A DNA stretch of 64,000 bases from Lophium mytilinum (lineage: Eukaryota): assembly GCA_010093605.1 (NCBI GenBank), contig MU004189.1, positions 813,834 through 877,833 of the forward strand, read 5' to 3'. Positions 10,704 through 22,772 of this stretch are shown in pieces. How positions within the stretch are numbered: the stretch's first letter is position 1; every line of letters starts with the position of its first letter. The notes beneath the pieces were generated by a model. The model searched no databases and was not told the origin of the DNA. It saw only the letters and a list, made by a program, of their open reading frames with translations. The translations under genes were made by a program, and so were the position numbers.

Positions 10704-12744
10704 TATAGCACGAAAGAGGTAAGGACTCTGGGCTGCTCAGTGGAAGTCGCGTTTATGCAGGTTTACGGGGGAGGCAGGTGGGACAGGGTAGGGTCTGCGA
10801 GGATGGGAATTGGCCTTCGACCAATCCGGCGCGGCAGACGCTTCGAACGGGGAGCGGGTCTGCAGAGACAGAGGATGCCTTCTTTTGCCTTGTGCGCAGG
10901 CAGTGTCCTGGCCCGATGTGCCTAAACCTACGCCTCGACGGCCGCTGAGGAGGGTGCCGCTGCCGAATGAGCGCCAATGGGATGCCGCACAGCACTGGCA
11001 CGGCGAGGGAGATGCAGCTGTGGAGAGATACCGGTAGGACGGGCGCGTGAACGGGGTCGTTGGACGGCGGCGGACGAGGACGCCTCTGCTGGTGTTGGAC
11101 GCACTGCCAAGAGTGAAGAGGAGGACGCCTGATAGCACAGTCTGGTTAGCCAGTCGCCGAGGGGAGCGCAGAGTCCACGGCACGGTGGTGAGATGGCAAT
11201 GGCAATCGCGACGGGAACTGGTGAGGTTGTGGACGGAGACAGGCTGAGGAGAGGCCTATGGAGACGACGGCAACTTGGGCCTCCCGGTGGCTTTAGGGCG
11301 GCCTATCCCGCGCCACAAACACCACGGCCTTAGATGGCATGCCGCTGTCCGCATTCACGATATCTCCAGTTACGCTGCCTCCCATGGTGAGCGTGATCTC
11401 GCAGCGGAGTGCCGCATGGCCACAGCGATGCCAGCATCCACGCAGGTACTCATATGGGGCCTCGGAGGCATCAGGTCCTCCCGCACCGCCGCTTCGCTTG
11501 GCGCATATCGAGGACGGCTGACGAGCTGCGAGGGTTTACAAGCTACTTCACGCCGGCCGCTGTGCGTGCTGGATAGAGGAGCCGTCCTCCCGTCTGCGTG
11601 GGTAGCCAGCGCCCTCTAACGCTCCGACGTCCCATTGGCGTCAAGTTTCCATCCAGCATTCACTCTGGTCCAATCCCTCACGTCTTCTCATCACACTGTG
11701 GCCTTGCGCGATCCCTGCACCTCCAACATGCCCCTCACCCCCTCCAGCTCCATCTGCAACTACTTCCGAGCCCTCAGCCTCCCTGCTGCAGAGCTTCGCC
11801 GGCCGTCAGCGGGCGTCTTGTTGGGCTTGTTGGGCTCCTCAGCACCTCATCACCGCTGTGTGACGGGCGCTAGTATCTGCTGCGAGCGTACGAAGAGGAT
11901 GGCGGTCCTATTGCTCCAGATCCCCTCGCACCCCAACTGGTGCTAAAAGAAGGCAACGGGGTTGCAGTGCTTGGCATGCGATGCACATACTGCCCGCTTT
12001 TCAGGCCTGGCAGACTCGAGATCGTGCCGCCTGTGCAGAATCTAAAATGTGGGCCAAGGCCGTGGCCTTCCGTCTGTCACGGCGGTATGGGGACGGCATC
12101 TCATGCGCGAGCAGTCCAATCTGGCTGGCGATAGCTTCTCTGACGCATTCCACTCCCTCCTCACTTCGATATCTCTTCTCGGCCGACTTCGCTGCAGTAT
12201 GCATCTGTGTGGGTCTTCAAGGTCATCGGTGAGGCAATGGTTTGCTCACTGCATCCATCACATGCCTGGCCAAGTAGTGCCGTCGACATCATGCACAGCA
12301 GTCGAGGTGCAGCCACCATGATAGTGGCCTTTGGCACACGAGCAGGATATCCGCCCCCAAACGGCGCCAAGCAGCGAAGCTCGTAAGACGAGCTGCACAC
12401 CATCGATCACGCTTGTCTTATGTCAGCGCAAGAGAATCATCCGCTAGTAGTTTCTGTGCAGGGACCACTGCCGAAGTCTCTGCCAGGTTTTAGGTTGCTT
12501 CCACCGTAGGGCAGAGACAAGCTTTCGAGAGTACCCGGGAGGCGGGTTTTCTCCTACTCTCACCCTCTTCGTGGGACACTAGGCACAGATCTGCTTGCTC
12601 TCCTTGCTTCTGGTTTACACTACCTTCGAAGTTTGGGGCTGCTTGACAGTTGATGTTGGCTGTTTCGCTCGGTATAGTCATTTCCTCTTCCCCAATTTCT
12701 CTGTGGGTAGGTGATACAATGCTTCATTAGAGATGTTATCGCTT

Positions 12745-12960
12745 CTAGAGCAAAGTTTATTCACTTTTCGAATTTGTTAGCTTGAAAGCCACAGGATCGA
12801 CAGATGAGCAAAGTTGATTCACTTTCGTATTGAAAGCCGAAGATGCATACGATTTACAGATGAGCACAATTTGCTCAGCTTCGATTTTTCTAGCTTGAAA
12901 GCGGGCAACGCACGAGATTGACAGATGAGCAAAGTTTATTTACCTTCCTGCAAGCCGATA
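12745..12960. repeat. Degenerate tandem repeat, ~4 units of 55-65 bp
   Basis: The core (G)ACAGATGAGCAAAGTTKATTCACTTTCG...TTGAAAGC recurs near 12747, 12799, 12856 and 12920. Confidence 0.75.
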
Positions 12961-13793
12961 ATGCTCATGCATTGGCAGATCGGATTAATCTTCTTTGCGA
13001 CTGTTTGGAGTCCTTTGGTATTTCCATGCTCTGGAAAAGACATACTAAAATCTGCAAAGTCTTCGAGTACCTCAGGTCGCGCTGCCTGAGGCTAGTAATG
13101 GTCCTTCCTTAGTTAGGGATATAGAGAGCCCTCAGTTTACTATTTATCGTACTCACCGGCCTCTCCGGAGTCTGCCCTTAGAATCGAGGTTTCATATCAT
13201 CAACACGCCACCGACCTCATCTTTCGGCCGTGGACGGCTGCCACGGACGTGTCGTCGGTTTCGGCCTCTCTCCCGCTCTCATTCGAAAAAGACGACCACA
13301 GCCCCGAAGTCGAACCGTGTTGAAGATAATCGCCTCCGTCATCCGTCTTATCCTGAGTTACAGTGGACCAACATTCTGAACTCCGAGAGAATTGCGCAAA
13401 TCTAGTTTCTCAGCTAGTACTCAGCTAACTGAGACACGATTCCGTTGGGTCGCTTAAAAACAAACCTAGCCCCCATCGAGCTAAGCGAAAACCACAGAAT
13501 CTAAAAGACTGCAGTCTAACCGATTTTGCTTCAAGTCTAGCCCCTTTTCAGTTAGAGTCGGATGAGACTCGGAAAATGGTCTGACGGAATCACCAGAGTA
13601 TCAAGTTCTGGCTGCGATAGGAGAAGTATGCTCTGGACTTCAGGGTAGTTGAATCTTATGCGCCGCGCATTTAAAAACTCAGTATGTAGATCAAGTGCAT
13701 ATATATATGTGTGTGCCATCGCGTCAAATCTCATTCTCATCATATTCACTCATACGTCTCAACCGCACTCTAAAGAGTACACACTCGAACAAA

Positions 13794-15562
13794 ATGACAT
13801 CCTTCAATCACCCAGAACGAGATGACTCCTCATCCGAGACGACGAGAACAGATGCCCGCTACGGATCAATTGTCAGAACACCGACTCAACTACCATTCAA
13901 CGAAGACTTGGTCAATCTCCCCTCACGAACGCTGAGCAATGAAGCATACCTCGAAGAATATACCCAAGAGACAATCGACGGACAGATATTACAGGAGGTC
14001 AAGTCAAATGCGACAGGTGCTATCGAAAGATATGAGCTCGTCACATGGAAGATTGGTGACCCGGAAAACCCGAAGAACTTCTCCAAAGCGTACAAATGGT
14101 ACTGCACGATGGTTGTGGCAGTAACTTGCTTCGTGGTGGCTTTCAACTCCGCTGTAATCACAGCAGATCTAGAAGGAGTGGCCAAAGAATTCCACGTTAG
14201 CATGGAAGTGGCATTATTGAGCATCACGGTGTTTGTGATAGGATTTGGTGTTGGTACGTCGCCCATCGTCCATCTCAAAGAAATCACGACTAACATGGAC
14301 TTCTAGGCCCTATGGCATTTGCCCCTCTCAGTGAAATCGTCGGACGAAGACCCATCTATGCAACTACATTGCTCGTAGCTGTGATCTTCACGATTCCTGG
14401 ATGCGTCGCTAAGAACATCTCCACTTTGCTTGTAACTCGCGCACTTGCGGGTATCGCTTTCTCAGCCCCGATGACTCTCGTTGGTGGTACTCTTGCCGAT
14501 CTTTGGAGTACCGAAGAGCGGGGTGTTCCCATGGCCGCATTCAGCGCCGCACCATTCATTGGACCGGCCGTGGGACCACTCATTGGCGGTTTCGTTTCGG
14601 ATGGGCTAGGATGGAGGTGGTTGTACTGGCTCCAATTGATTCTATCAGGCTTCGTCTGGGCAGTAATTACGTTCACTGTACCCGAAACCTACACCCCAAA
14701 GCTATTGGCTCGTCGCGCAGCAAAACTCCGAGCGGAAACTGGGGATAGCAAACATGTTACAGCAGAAGATCTTGACATGCGACCACTCAGCCAAAGACTG
14801 CGTCTGTTTTTGCTCCGTCCGTTCCAACTACTTTTCCAAGAATTGATCGTGTTCTTCGTATCTTTGTACATGTCAGTCCTTTACGGTCTGCTCTACATGT
14901 TCTTCGTTGCGTAAGTACTCTACCCAACTATCAAGCCGAAATGCTCTAACAATATCAACAGTTTTCCAATCGTATACCAGCAAGGCAAAGGCTACTCGGC
15001 TAGCAAGACTGGCTTGATGTTTATCCCACTCGCCGTCGGCGTCCTCTGCAGTGCCGCATGTGCGCCTCTCGTCAACAAGCACTACCTTAGTCTCTGTCGA
15101 AAACACAACGGCAAGCCCCCAGCAGAAGCACGCCTCGTCCCAATGATGATCTCCTGCTGGTGCATCCCAATCGGTCTCTTTATCTTCGCCTGGTCCTCAT
15201 ACCCACGACTCTCCTGGGCTGGCCCCGCTTTTGGTGGCTTCCCTGTCGGATTTGGGTTTATCTTTCTTTACAACGCCGCCAACAACTACCTCGTCGACTC
15301 ATACCAGCACCAAGCTGCGTCTGCACTGGCCGCGAAAACATGTCTGCGGTCTTTCTGGGGCGCTAGCGTCGTGCTCTTCACCAACCAGATGTACAGCCGA
15401 CTTGGATACCAATGGGCGAGTTCGCTGCTCGGCTTCATTGCACTAGCGTGTTGCGGTATTCCTTATGTGTTCTACTTCAAGGGCGCGGCGATTCGGAAAC
15501 ACTCGAAGTTTGCCTACAGCCCGGATGAGGAGACGACGGGTCTTGACAAGGAGATGGTTTAA
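13794..15562 (+). CDS. MFS transporter, DHA1 family (Tpo1/polyamine-drug antiporter-like), 3 exons
   Basis: [42 protein letters not shown] and NYLVDSY motifs. Introns at ~14254-14306 and ~14911-14961. Confidence 0.95.
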
Positions 15563-16468
15563 GCGACTGGCGAGCTTCGGGCCTGAAGCTTCGCATAGAT
15601 CACCTTTCTCCTACGCATGTTTTCCTTTCTCAGCGCTTTCTTCACGATATCCTGGATTTGAATAACGGTTCGGAGACTGTACTTATATAGCGCTTTGCAT
15701 TTTGGTATAGAGGTGTTTGGATTTCGGGTGCATCGGCGAAAGGCGTTTGATACGAGTCTCCACGTTGTTACGTTACTATAATCCAGACAGTTTCTACAAA
15801 TCAATAAACTGCTATCACCATATCCTACGAGTTTTCATGCTTGCCAATGCATACGTCGTTAGTGACGCTTTGAGCTGTTGAATACATATTACGGCATCTA
15901 GTGGTAAGTTTGATAGCGATTTGACAATATGCTCTTTCGGATTGTCAAACAGGGAAGTTTCCAGGAGCTGGGATATCAGTCTTTGGCTGAGGTGATCTTC
16001 GAAGAAATAGACCGTGCCTACAGACTCATAGAAACAGGGACAGGAAAATTCGTAACTAGAACTGCCGCTGACTAGCTAATTGATGGAGGTGTTGAGCCAA
16101 TATTTTCAGATCCTTGTGTATAGCTATATTTCGCCGTCTGACGTACTCTAGTTTAGCGAAGTGAACTGACCGATTGTTCAGCATAGGGAGCTCCATCTAA
16201 TTGAGTCTTCCAAAAACGAATTGAGAAGCACATAACAGTGACAAGCAAGAATACTGATGTTGATTTAAAGCGCAACACACTAGACTGAGACCCAAAGATG
16301 ATAAAGACTTCATATCAAGAATAATGATTACTAAGCGATGCCTTATGCAGGCTTATCCCCATTTGTGACACTCCCGAGGACCCGCATTTTAGTGTTCATC
16401 CGCGAAAGACCGAGGGGTATCTCTGAACAACACCGACGCCAAAGACGAACCTAAGCCTTCGAAGCGCG

Positions 16469-19067
16469 ATGGACATGGATAACAATAGTCCTCCTGCTAG
16501 CATCTCTTTCCCCCAGGACACGCCGCCGCGAGCCGATGTAGACGAGATATTGCGACGGAAGCGCAAGGCGAGAGAGTACAAGGTGCGTGCTAAAGCTCTC
16601 TGTACGAGCTTGTCGAGCTTCATGTGAAGCTGCCATCCAGAGCGTATAGGGCCATGCTTGCTAGAGAAGAAAGGACCAATGGTTGCTGCTCAACGAAGTC
16701 CACTGCTTCCTCAGACGCGAAGACTCGCGATAATCGCGCATTGTTCCAATTGAAGGCACATAAGCTAACAAGCACGTTACAGGCCTGCTATCCTTGCCGG
16801 CAACGCAAAGTCAAATGCGACCAAAATGTGCCTTGCAAGACCTGTATAGGTAAGCAATTGGTTGACGTCCTGCATTTAGATCCGGACGTCACGTAAAAGC
16901 GAACATTGGCGACGGCACCCTCTGTAGCGGTTCAGAAAATCTCGAAATGATGCGATTCCGCGTCTGTAGCAAGTTCGACGAGCCGTTCAGTCGCTTCAGG
17001 CAATGCCAGAATGGATGCATACACCTCAGCTTGCTAATTTTGGCAATAGATCGAGAACATGCCGAACTATGCACCTACCACCCACCGGCCGAGATTCACC
17101 CTCCTGCGAAACGTATGAGCATGGGCGTAGGCGCAAGCGCCGGCGTGGGACATAACAGTAATGACTTTTCAAACGGCATGGTGCACATCCACGGAGGAAC
17201 TGTGACTCTTCCACGAGAGGACTGGGATCGGATATGCGCAAAGCTACAGAGTGCAGAGAAGTCATTGTCAGACCTAAAGAACTCCATAAACAACGTGTCC
17301 GAGATTCCTCTGAATGGGACATCGAATGGCTACTCCCCAGGGACCATGACCAACACACCCTTGGCTGCAAACGCCCCGTTGGATAACGAGCAACGCCACG
17401 TGCGGACTCAAGGCATACACACCCAAAACGACCTCACAGGGCAAACTATACACATAGGACCCAGCTCTGTCCCAGCATTGGTCATGGCGCTTGGTCGGGG
17501 GGAGACTCAATGGCCTGGAGTACAAGATCTGTTAGGAAAAAAGAGCATTTTGCCTGTGTTCGGATTGGATAATGAGAGTGCTACATATCCATTCGTGGAT
17601 CTCTGGGGACTGCCACACGGATCCTTAGCACGAGCAAACGAACTCGCCAATGCGCTACCGACTGATTCAGAGTGCCTAAGCTTCTTCCGTTGCTATCGAG
17701 AGACCGCCCACATTGTTTACCCTGCTGTTGCAGATATCGAACAGTTTGAGTCAGACATCTTGCTTTTCCTCATCAACCGCGCCAGTGCACAGTCGAGCAA
17801 TGACGGACCTACTGGTGTTACAGAAGAGACCATATATGGGAAAAGCCTACAATGGATCGGGCTCCTCTTCGCAATCCTAGCATCTGGATGTCAGTGTTCG
17901 GGTCTACCTCGAAAGGAACGGGAATTGACCTCACAAGTCTACGTCTGCTGTAGTTTTGAGTGTCTTCGATTCACTAACTTTCTGTCCCACGCAACACTGG
18001 AGAACATCCAGACAATGCTAATTTTGGGAAACGTTATTTCGAACAACATGAACGCTGGAGTGGCTTGGTCACTCATGGGGCTTACTGTGCGTCTGTCACA
18101 GACTCTTGGGCTACACCGAGTCTGCCCTCCATCAGTCGCGCCTCAAGTCAAGGCTATTCGCAGTAAAGTATGGTGGGCTCTTCTATGGCAAGACAGTCTT
18201 CTGTCCATCTCCTACGACAGGGCTTCATCTACCACCACGATCGACCACACGGTCCCTCTCAGCCAAACATCAACCCCTGGCACTCGGACATATGTAGAAT
18301 GCATGTATCGGCTGTGTAAAGTGGGCCTTGATATCGTTCGGGAGCGGCAACAACCTCAGAACTCCAACGATGCGTTAATGCGCATCACGGAGCACCGTAA
18401 CCAACTCCAGGACATCATGTTCGACGCCGCAGACTATTTGAAAGACTCGCGGCGGTGTCGATCGATGAGGGATCAACTGGAACACTGGGCACTCTATCTC
18501 CATGTCTCATACATCACCTCAGAGCTTTGTCGTCCTGCCATCAGCCCCAGCACGGCGGCCTTTGACCTATCTAAGACATTGCGGAAGACGTGCATTGACA
18601 GTCTAGCAAACACCGTGGAAGCCTTCTTGGGTCTTCAAAACATGACACCATTCGCGACTCGATCGTGGGCATCAGTGCATCGGTCACTGAGTTCAGCCCT
18701 TCTGCTTGGAATCATCGGCGAATCGTCGCGTAATGAGCGCGCAAAAACGCTCTTGATGAACCTGGTCTCCGTTTTAGGGGAGCTTTCTTCCAGCGTGGAT
18801 CCAGCGGAACTTTCTGCACCGATCACGCGCTCAGTTGCTGCCCTTCAGAGACTCATTACAATTCAACAAAGTCCGAGAGCCCCAAGATCGACCACATCAC
18901 AGTCATCCCCGTCGACCACAAATTACACGCTTGAGGATTTGAATGGAGCCCTAAATTTCGATGACACTTCATTCCTGACGCAGTCTCCCATTATTGGCTT
19001 GGATATGGAGGCATCGCCGTATGCGTTAATGGATTCGATTATCTGGGGCGCTAAGAAGACACCTTGA
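16469..19067 (+). CDS. Zn(II)2Cys6 fungal transcription factor, 3 exons (introns ~16582-16782, ~16849-17049)
   Basis: The spliced product reads KACYPCRQRKVKCDQNVPCKTCI-DREHAELC. The fungal TF middle-homology region has SQTLGLHR...RSKVWWALLWQDSLLSISYDR. Confidence 0.93.
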
Positions 19068-20206
19068 ACTAGTACAACGAATGGTTAGACACATTCATAG
19101 CACCATAACTGCCTTAAATTGCGGGACGATTCCCAGAGCGGTTACTTGGGGTGTCGCGTTTGGTTAGAGGAGGGCTTTACGTCGTGGATGCATATTGGCA
19201 AAACGACCAGGAATGTCTGTAAGTACTTGAACATCCTATTTGATTGGGCATGGCCTAACACAGGATGACTGACTGGGTGGGGGAAGGTCGTGTAACATAG
19301 AAGTTAACGCCTATGGCCGGGGTATTGCGGTAGACAAGCTAGAATGCTTACCCCTTTCTGTCACTGCTTGCAGTGCTTCGATCTATTCACATAAGTCGGA
19401 CTACTAGGTTATGTTTGTGTCTATGTGCACTTATATGCCACTACCTGGAGTGGCCGGCAAGGCATCGCCTTACTAAATGAGTAGGCTTCCATCTCGGTTC
19501 GATCACTCAAAAATCATCATGAAGCACATCAAATGGCGCCAGAGCATTGCCAGTGCCATAGTACGGCATTGTTAGGATGAGAACTTTATAGGTTTGCCGA
19601 TATCGATAAAAATCCAGACATCTTGCGCGTCCTAAAGATTTGAAGCGCTCGAGCTCGTACGGCACGCCAAGACCGACCAAAGATGGGATGAGTTGAACCA
19701 GGTAAACATGTGATTTGGTACTTAAGAGTTGCAGTAGCGTTCAAGCATGATATAGATATATGGAGTATCCGCTGTTCTCTTTCTCCCTCACTGTCGTAGG
19801 TCATTGTGAGATTTGGTTTCAAGTGCTTGTTCGGCTATGGAACCATGGTTTGTGTAAAGCTTGTCCTTTTGCAACCTTTATTGTTCCCTGCGCATCCATT
19901 TTTGAGCCAGAGCTTCCATAGTATATCCTATCTTCTATCGTATGGTAGAGTACTGTTGCTAGTCTTTTTTCATTCACCTTCATCTACGTGCATAAAACCC
20001 CTGGAGACCACCCATAACAACAGCTTCGCCACCTAACCAAATTTCAAATTGTGGTGCAGCCGGGGAATCAGAGCGGTTACCTAGTCCACTGAATCAGAGC
20101 GCCCAACTACAAATAATCCGCAGCTCGTCTATTTCTCGTCGCCGTCACCAACGCTTCACGCTTCGAAGCGCCAACGCACTGCACCACTCCCGTAACTACA
20201 ACCACC

Positions 20207-22288
20207 ATGAGTCGTCGTGCCCTCCGCTCCAACGCGCAACTGATCGACCGCGATCAAGCTGTCGCCGTCGAGATACCTGTAAAGCGTCGCCGTAGTGTCA
20301 ATAACCAGAAGCAGGCGACAACTGTCGCGGGCCCTCTGGCGGGCAGCCACTCTCCCCCGACGAAGAAAGCACGGAAGAACAATGCGACGTCCGAACCAGT
20401 CTCAAGACAGCTGCGCTCTCGTTACGTGGGTACGCCTGTCTCGCTGAGTCCTAATGCGAAGGTGATGGACGAGCATCCTGATGCGGCCAACGACGATAAC
20501 CGAACCGATACGCCAGTCGATCTCCCAGCCGATGAAGAACGAACCGAAGGGCACGTCGACCACCCTGCCTCCACTCAAGCCACTACCCTTGATGCCAACA
20601 ATGCGCCGCCTCTGTTCCTCCCCGTTGGCGAGGCTCTCACGCAGGAGGAAATTGTGGTTGATACTAGTAGTGTTGAGAGGCTCGCGATTAGTCCAGCCGA
20701 TCTCGAAACGCCAACACACGGCCTAGATGATGTGCTGGAATCTATCGAGCAGACCACAGGATGGTATCCGAGCGCCAATGCCTCCTTCTCCGAAAACCAA
20801 GTCCAACGACCGGTTGTCTCGCCAATAACCACGGTGACGTCCAGCCCCAACGAGCCAGCTGGGCCGTCCGGGGACTTGTCACGAGACGGTAGGACTTCCC
20901 CGAGTCCCCTCGATCTGGATTTTCCCGAAATGAAAGAGGCTCTACGAGTTCACGCACCCTTTGAAGCCACGTTCGGTGAAGCAGAGCGCTTGAAGCGTCT
21001 CCTGGACACTGAGTACGTGGGTAGACGTAAGCAGGAGGATAGGGTTACTGTCCAGCAGTTCTGCTGCGAACTCTACGCTCGCGCGACCGAAAACATGGAC
21101 TTTGAGGAACGTACCAATCTCCTCACGATCTGCTTCGCATACAAGACCAAGGCACAGGTCCTAGAGTATCTTGAACGGGTACCCTACCCATGGGCGGAGA
21201 GGGCTATAGCTATAGTTGAAGAGCGAGGCCGAGACCGATTCGAGGGAAACCTAGCGGCACATCTGGCTTTGATACCGAATAGAAATTCCACGGAGGGTAT
21301 AAGCAAGAAGATGGATATGAGCAAGGCCGGTGGTGTTGAACCTACCAGCGTAGCACGACAAACGAGGTTTGGACGCGTACCGGCACCCTCAGGCGAGAGC
21401 GAAGCCGTTTCACGATCCGATGCTGGATCTAACGATCAACCAGCTTCATCTATCGCTTCTACTCATGTTGGAGGCGCGACTCCATCTCCCGAGGACCTCA
21501 ACCCACAACCTACCCATCCAATCCGCGCTACCAGATCTACCCAAAAACTCGTCTCCCCACCCGCCAACGCCAATGCTACCGCCAGCGACATTGCCAGTCG
21601 TCTATTCCCAACCAACCCGGTCGGACAGCCAACACCAGCTCCACGAACTACCCCAGCTTCACCACCACCAGCCCCAATCTTCATCATCCCAACCCTTTCT
21701 GCCGGCTACCCTGCCCATAGCGTCTTCGTGTACGCCCGCTTAGTCCCGCTCCCGGCCCTCACCACTGAAGCCATCCTCGCGCACCCTTCCTTCAGACAGC
21801 TCTACCTCGGGCAGGATCTCATGAAGGCTACCAAGCCGGTTCTCCCCCATTCTGTAATGGTTGACAAAGATCGCGCCAAGCAATATAACGCCCTACTTTC
21901 GCATCTCGCGCTGGGCAGAGATATACTATACAGCTGGGCGAATAATCCGGTGCTCTGCCGCAACAGCAAGAAGGCCGGGTATCAGTTGGACGACATCCAA
22001 GATTGGATTGAGGTGATTAGGACTGGACGGGAGGAGCGAATGCGGGAGTTGAGCGGGAATGGCGGGGCTGCGGGCAACGGGAGTGCGGAGAGGAGGAATG
22101 TGACATTTGCCCAGGTGTTGGAGCGAGTCAGGATCATTGAGGCGAGGGATGAGGGTGAGGAAGATGAAGAATGTGATGAGGATGAGTATGGTGGGGATGC
22201 GGTTGCTACGGGTGACGAAATCGAGTGGGGGGTGGAGCCGGAGCTGGAGATGGAAGGCGTGGTTCCTGCTGGTGAGGCTTGGTGTTAG
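20207..22288 (+). CDS. Uncharacterised 693-aa protein, single exon, probably nuclear
   Basis: A 2-kb uninterrupted ORF with good start context (CCACCATG), basic NLS-like PVKRRR and PPTKKARK, P/S/T-rich segments around two apparently folded blocks, and an acidic tail. No family recognised. Confidence 0.75.
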   Translation: MSRRALRSNAQLIDRDQAVAVEIPVKRRRSVNNQKQATTVAGPLAGSHSPPTKKARKNNATSEPVSRQLRSRYVGTPVSLSPNAKVMDEHPDAANDDNRTDTPVDLPADEERTEGHVDHPASTQATTLDANNAPPLFLPVGEALTQEEIVVDTSSVERLAISPADLETPTHGLDDVLESIEQTTGWYPSANASFSENQVQRPVVSPITTVTSSPNEPAGPSGDLSRDGRTSPSPLDLDFPEMKEALRVHAPFEATFGEAERLKRLLDTEYVGRRKQEDRVTVQQFCCELYARATENMDFEERTNLLTICFAYKTKAQVLEYLERVPYPWAERAIAIVEERGRDRFEGNLAAHLALIPNRNSTEGISKKMDMSKAGGVEPTSVARQTRFGRVPAPSGESEAVSRSDAGSNDQPASSIASTHVGGATPSPEDLNPQPTHPIRATRSTQKLVSPPANANATASDIASRLFPTNPVGQPTPAPRTTPASPPPAPIFIIPTLSAGYPAHSVFVYARLVPLPALTTEAILAHPSFRQLYLGQDLMKATKPVLPHSVMVDKDRAKQYNALLSHLALGRDILYSWANNPVLCRNSKKAGYQLDDIQDWIEVIRTGREERMRELSGNGGAAGNGSAERRNVTFAQVLERVRIIEARDEGEEDEECDEDEYGGDAVATGDEIEWGVEPELEMEGVVPAGEAWC

Positions 22289-22772
22289 GTGTGAGTTGGC
22301 AGCGGGCTAGGATCAAGGGACTGATTTGGGGTGCTTTCGATGGACGGGGCTATCTGTGCTTTGCTCTTGGCTCTTCTGTTTTGCATCACTGCTTTGGTGG
22401 GCTGAGGACTTGGGTCCGGGCTTGGGGTGTCTGGCAGATTTTATTCTGGTCTATTTGTAGTACCAGTATGTATCAGTTTGATTTTCAACTTCTTCTTCAA
22501 CATTTTCCAGCTCTTGCCCCAAGAGCTGCGCAGTGGGAAGTACATGCTTTCACAGAGTTGAAAACATTGAAAGCTTAATGGTTTTGGTCGTTCAGTCAAC
22601 TTGCTGAGCCACCTCACACAGTGCGATGTCCGCACATACAGAAAATGGACGCGACAAGCGCAAGGAACAGAGAAATGATGAGACTTGTATTGATTGATAT
22701 ATCCAAAGAAGTCGGGTGCACCCGGTTGCCAAAACTCCAATCAGTCGCTGCCATTATCATACCATTGCATCC

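Noticed and set aside
10720..12480. Many overlapping 60-150 aa ORFs in GC-rich intergenic DNA (also 30100-31550 and 42250-43850)
   Set aside because: Such ORFs are expected by chance at high GC. They mostly have alternative starts and lack domains or consistent splice signals, so they are probably promoter regions.
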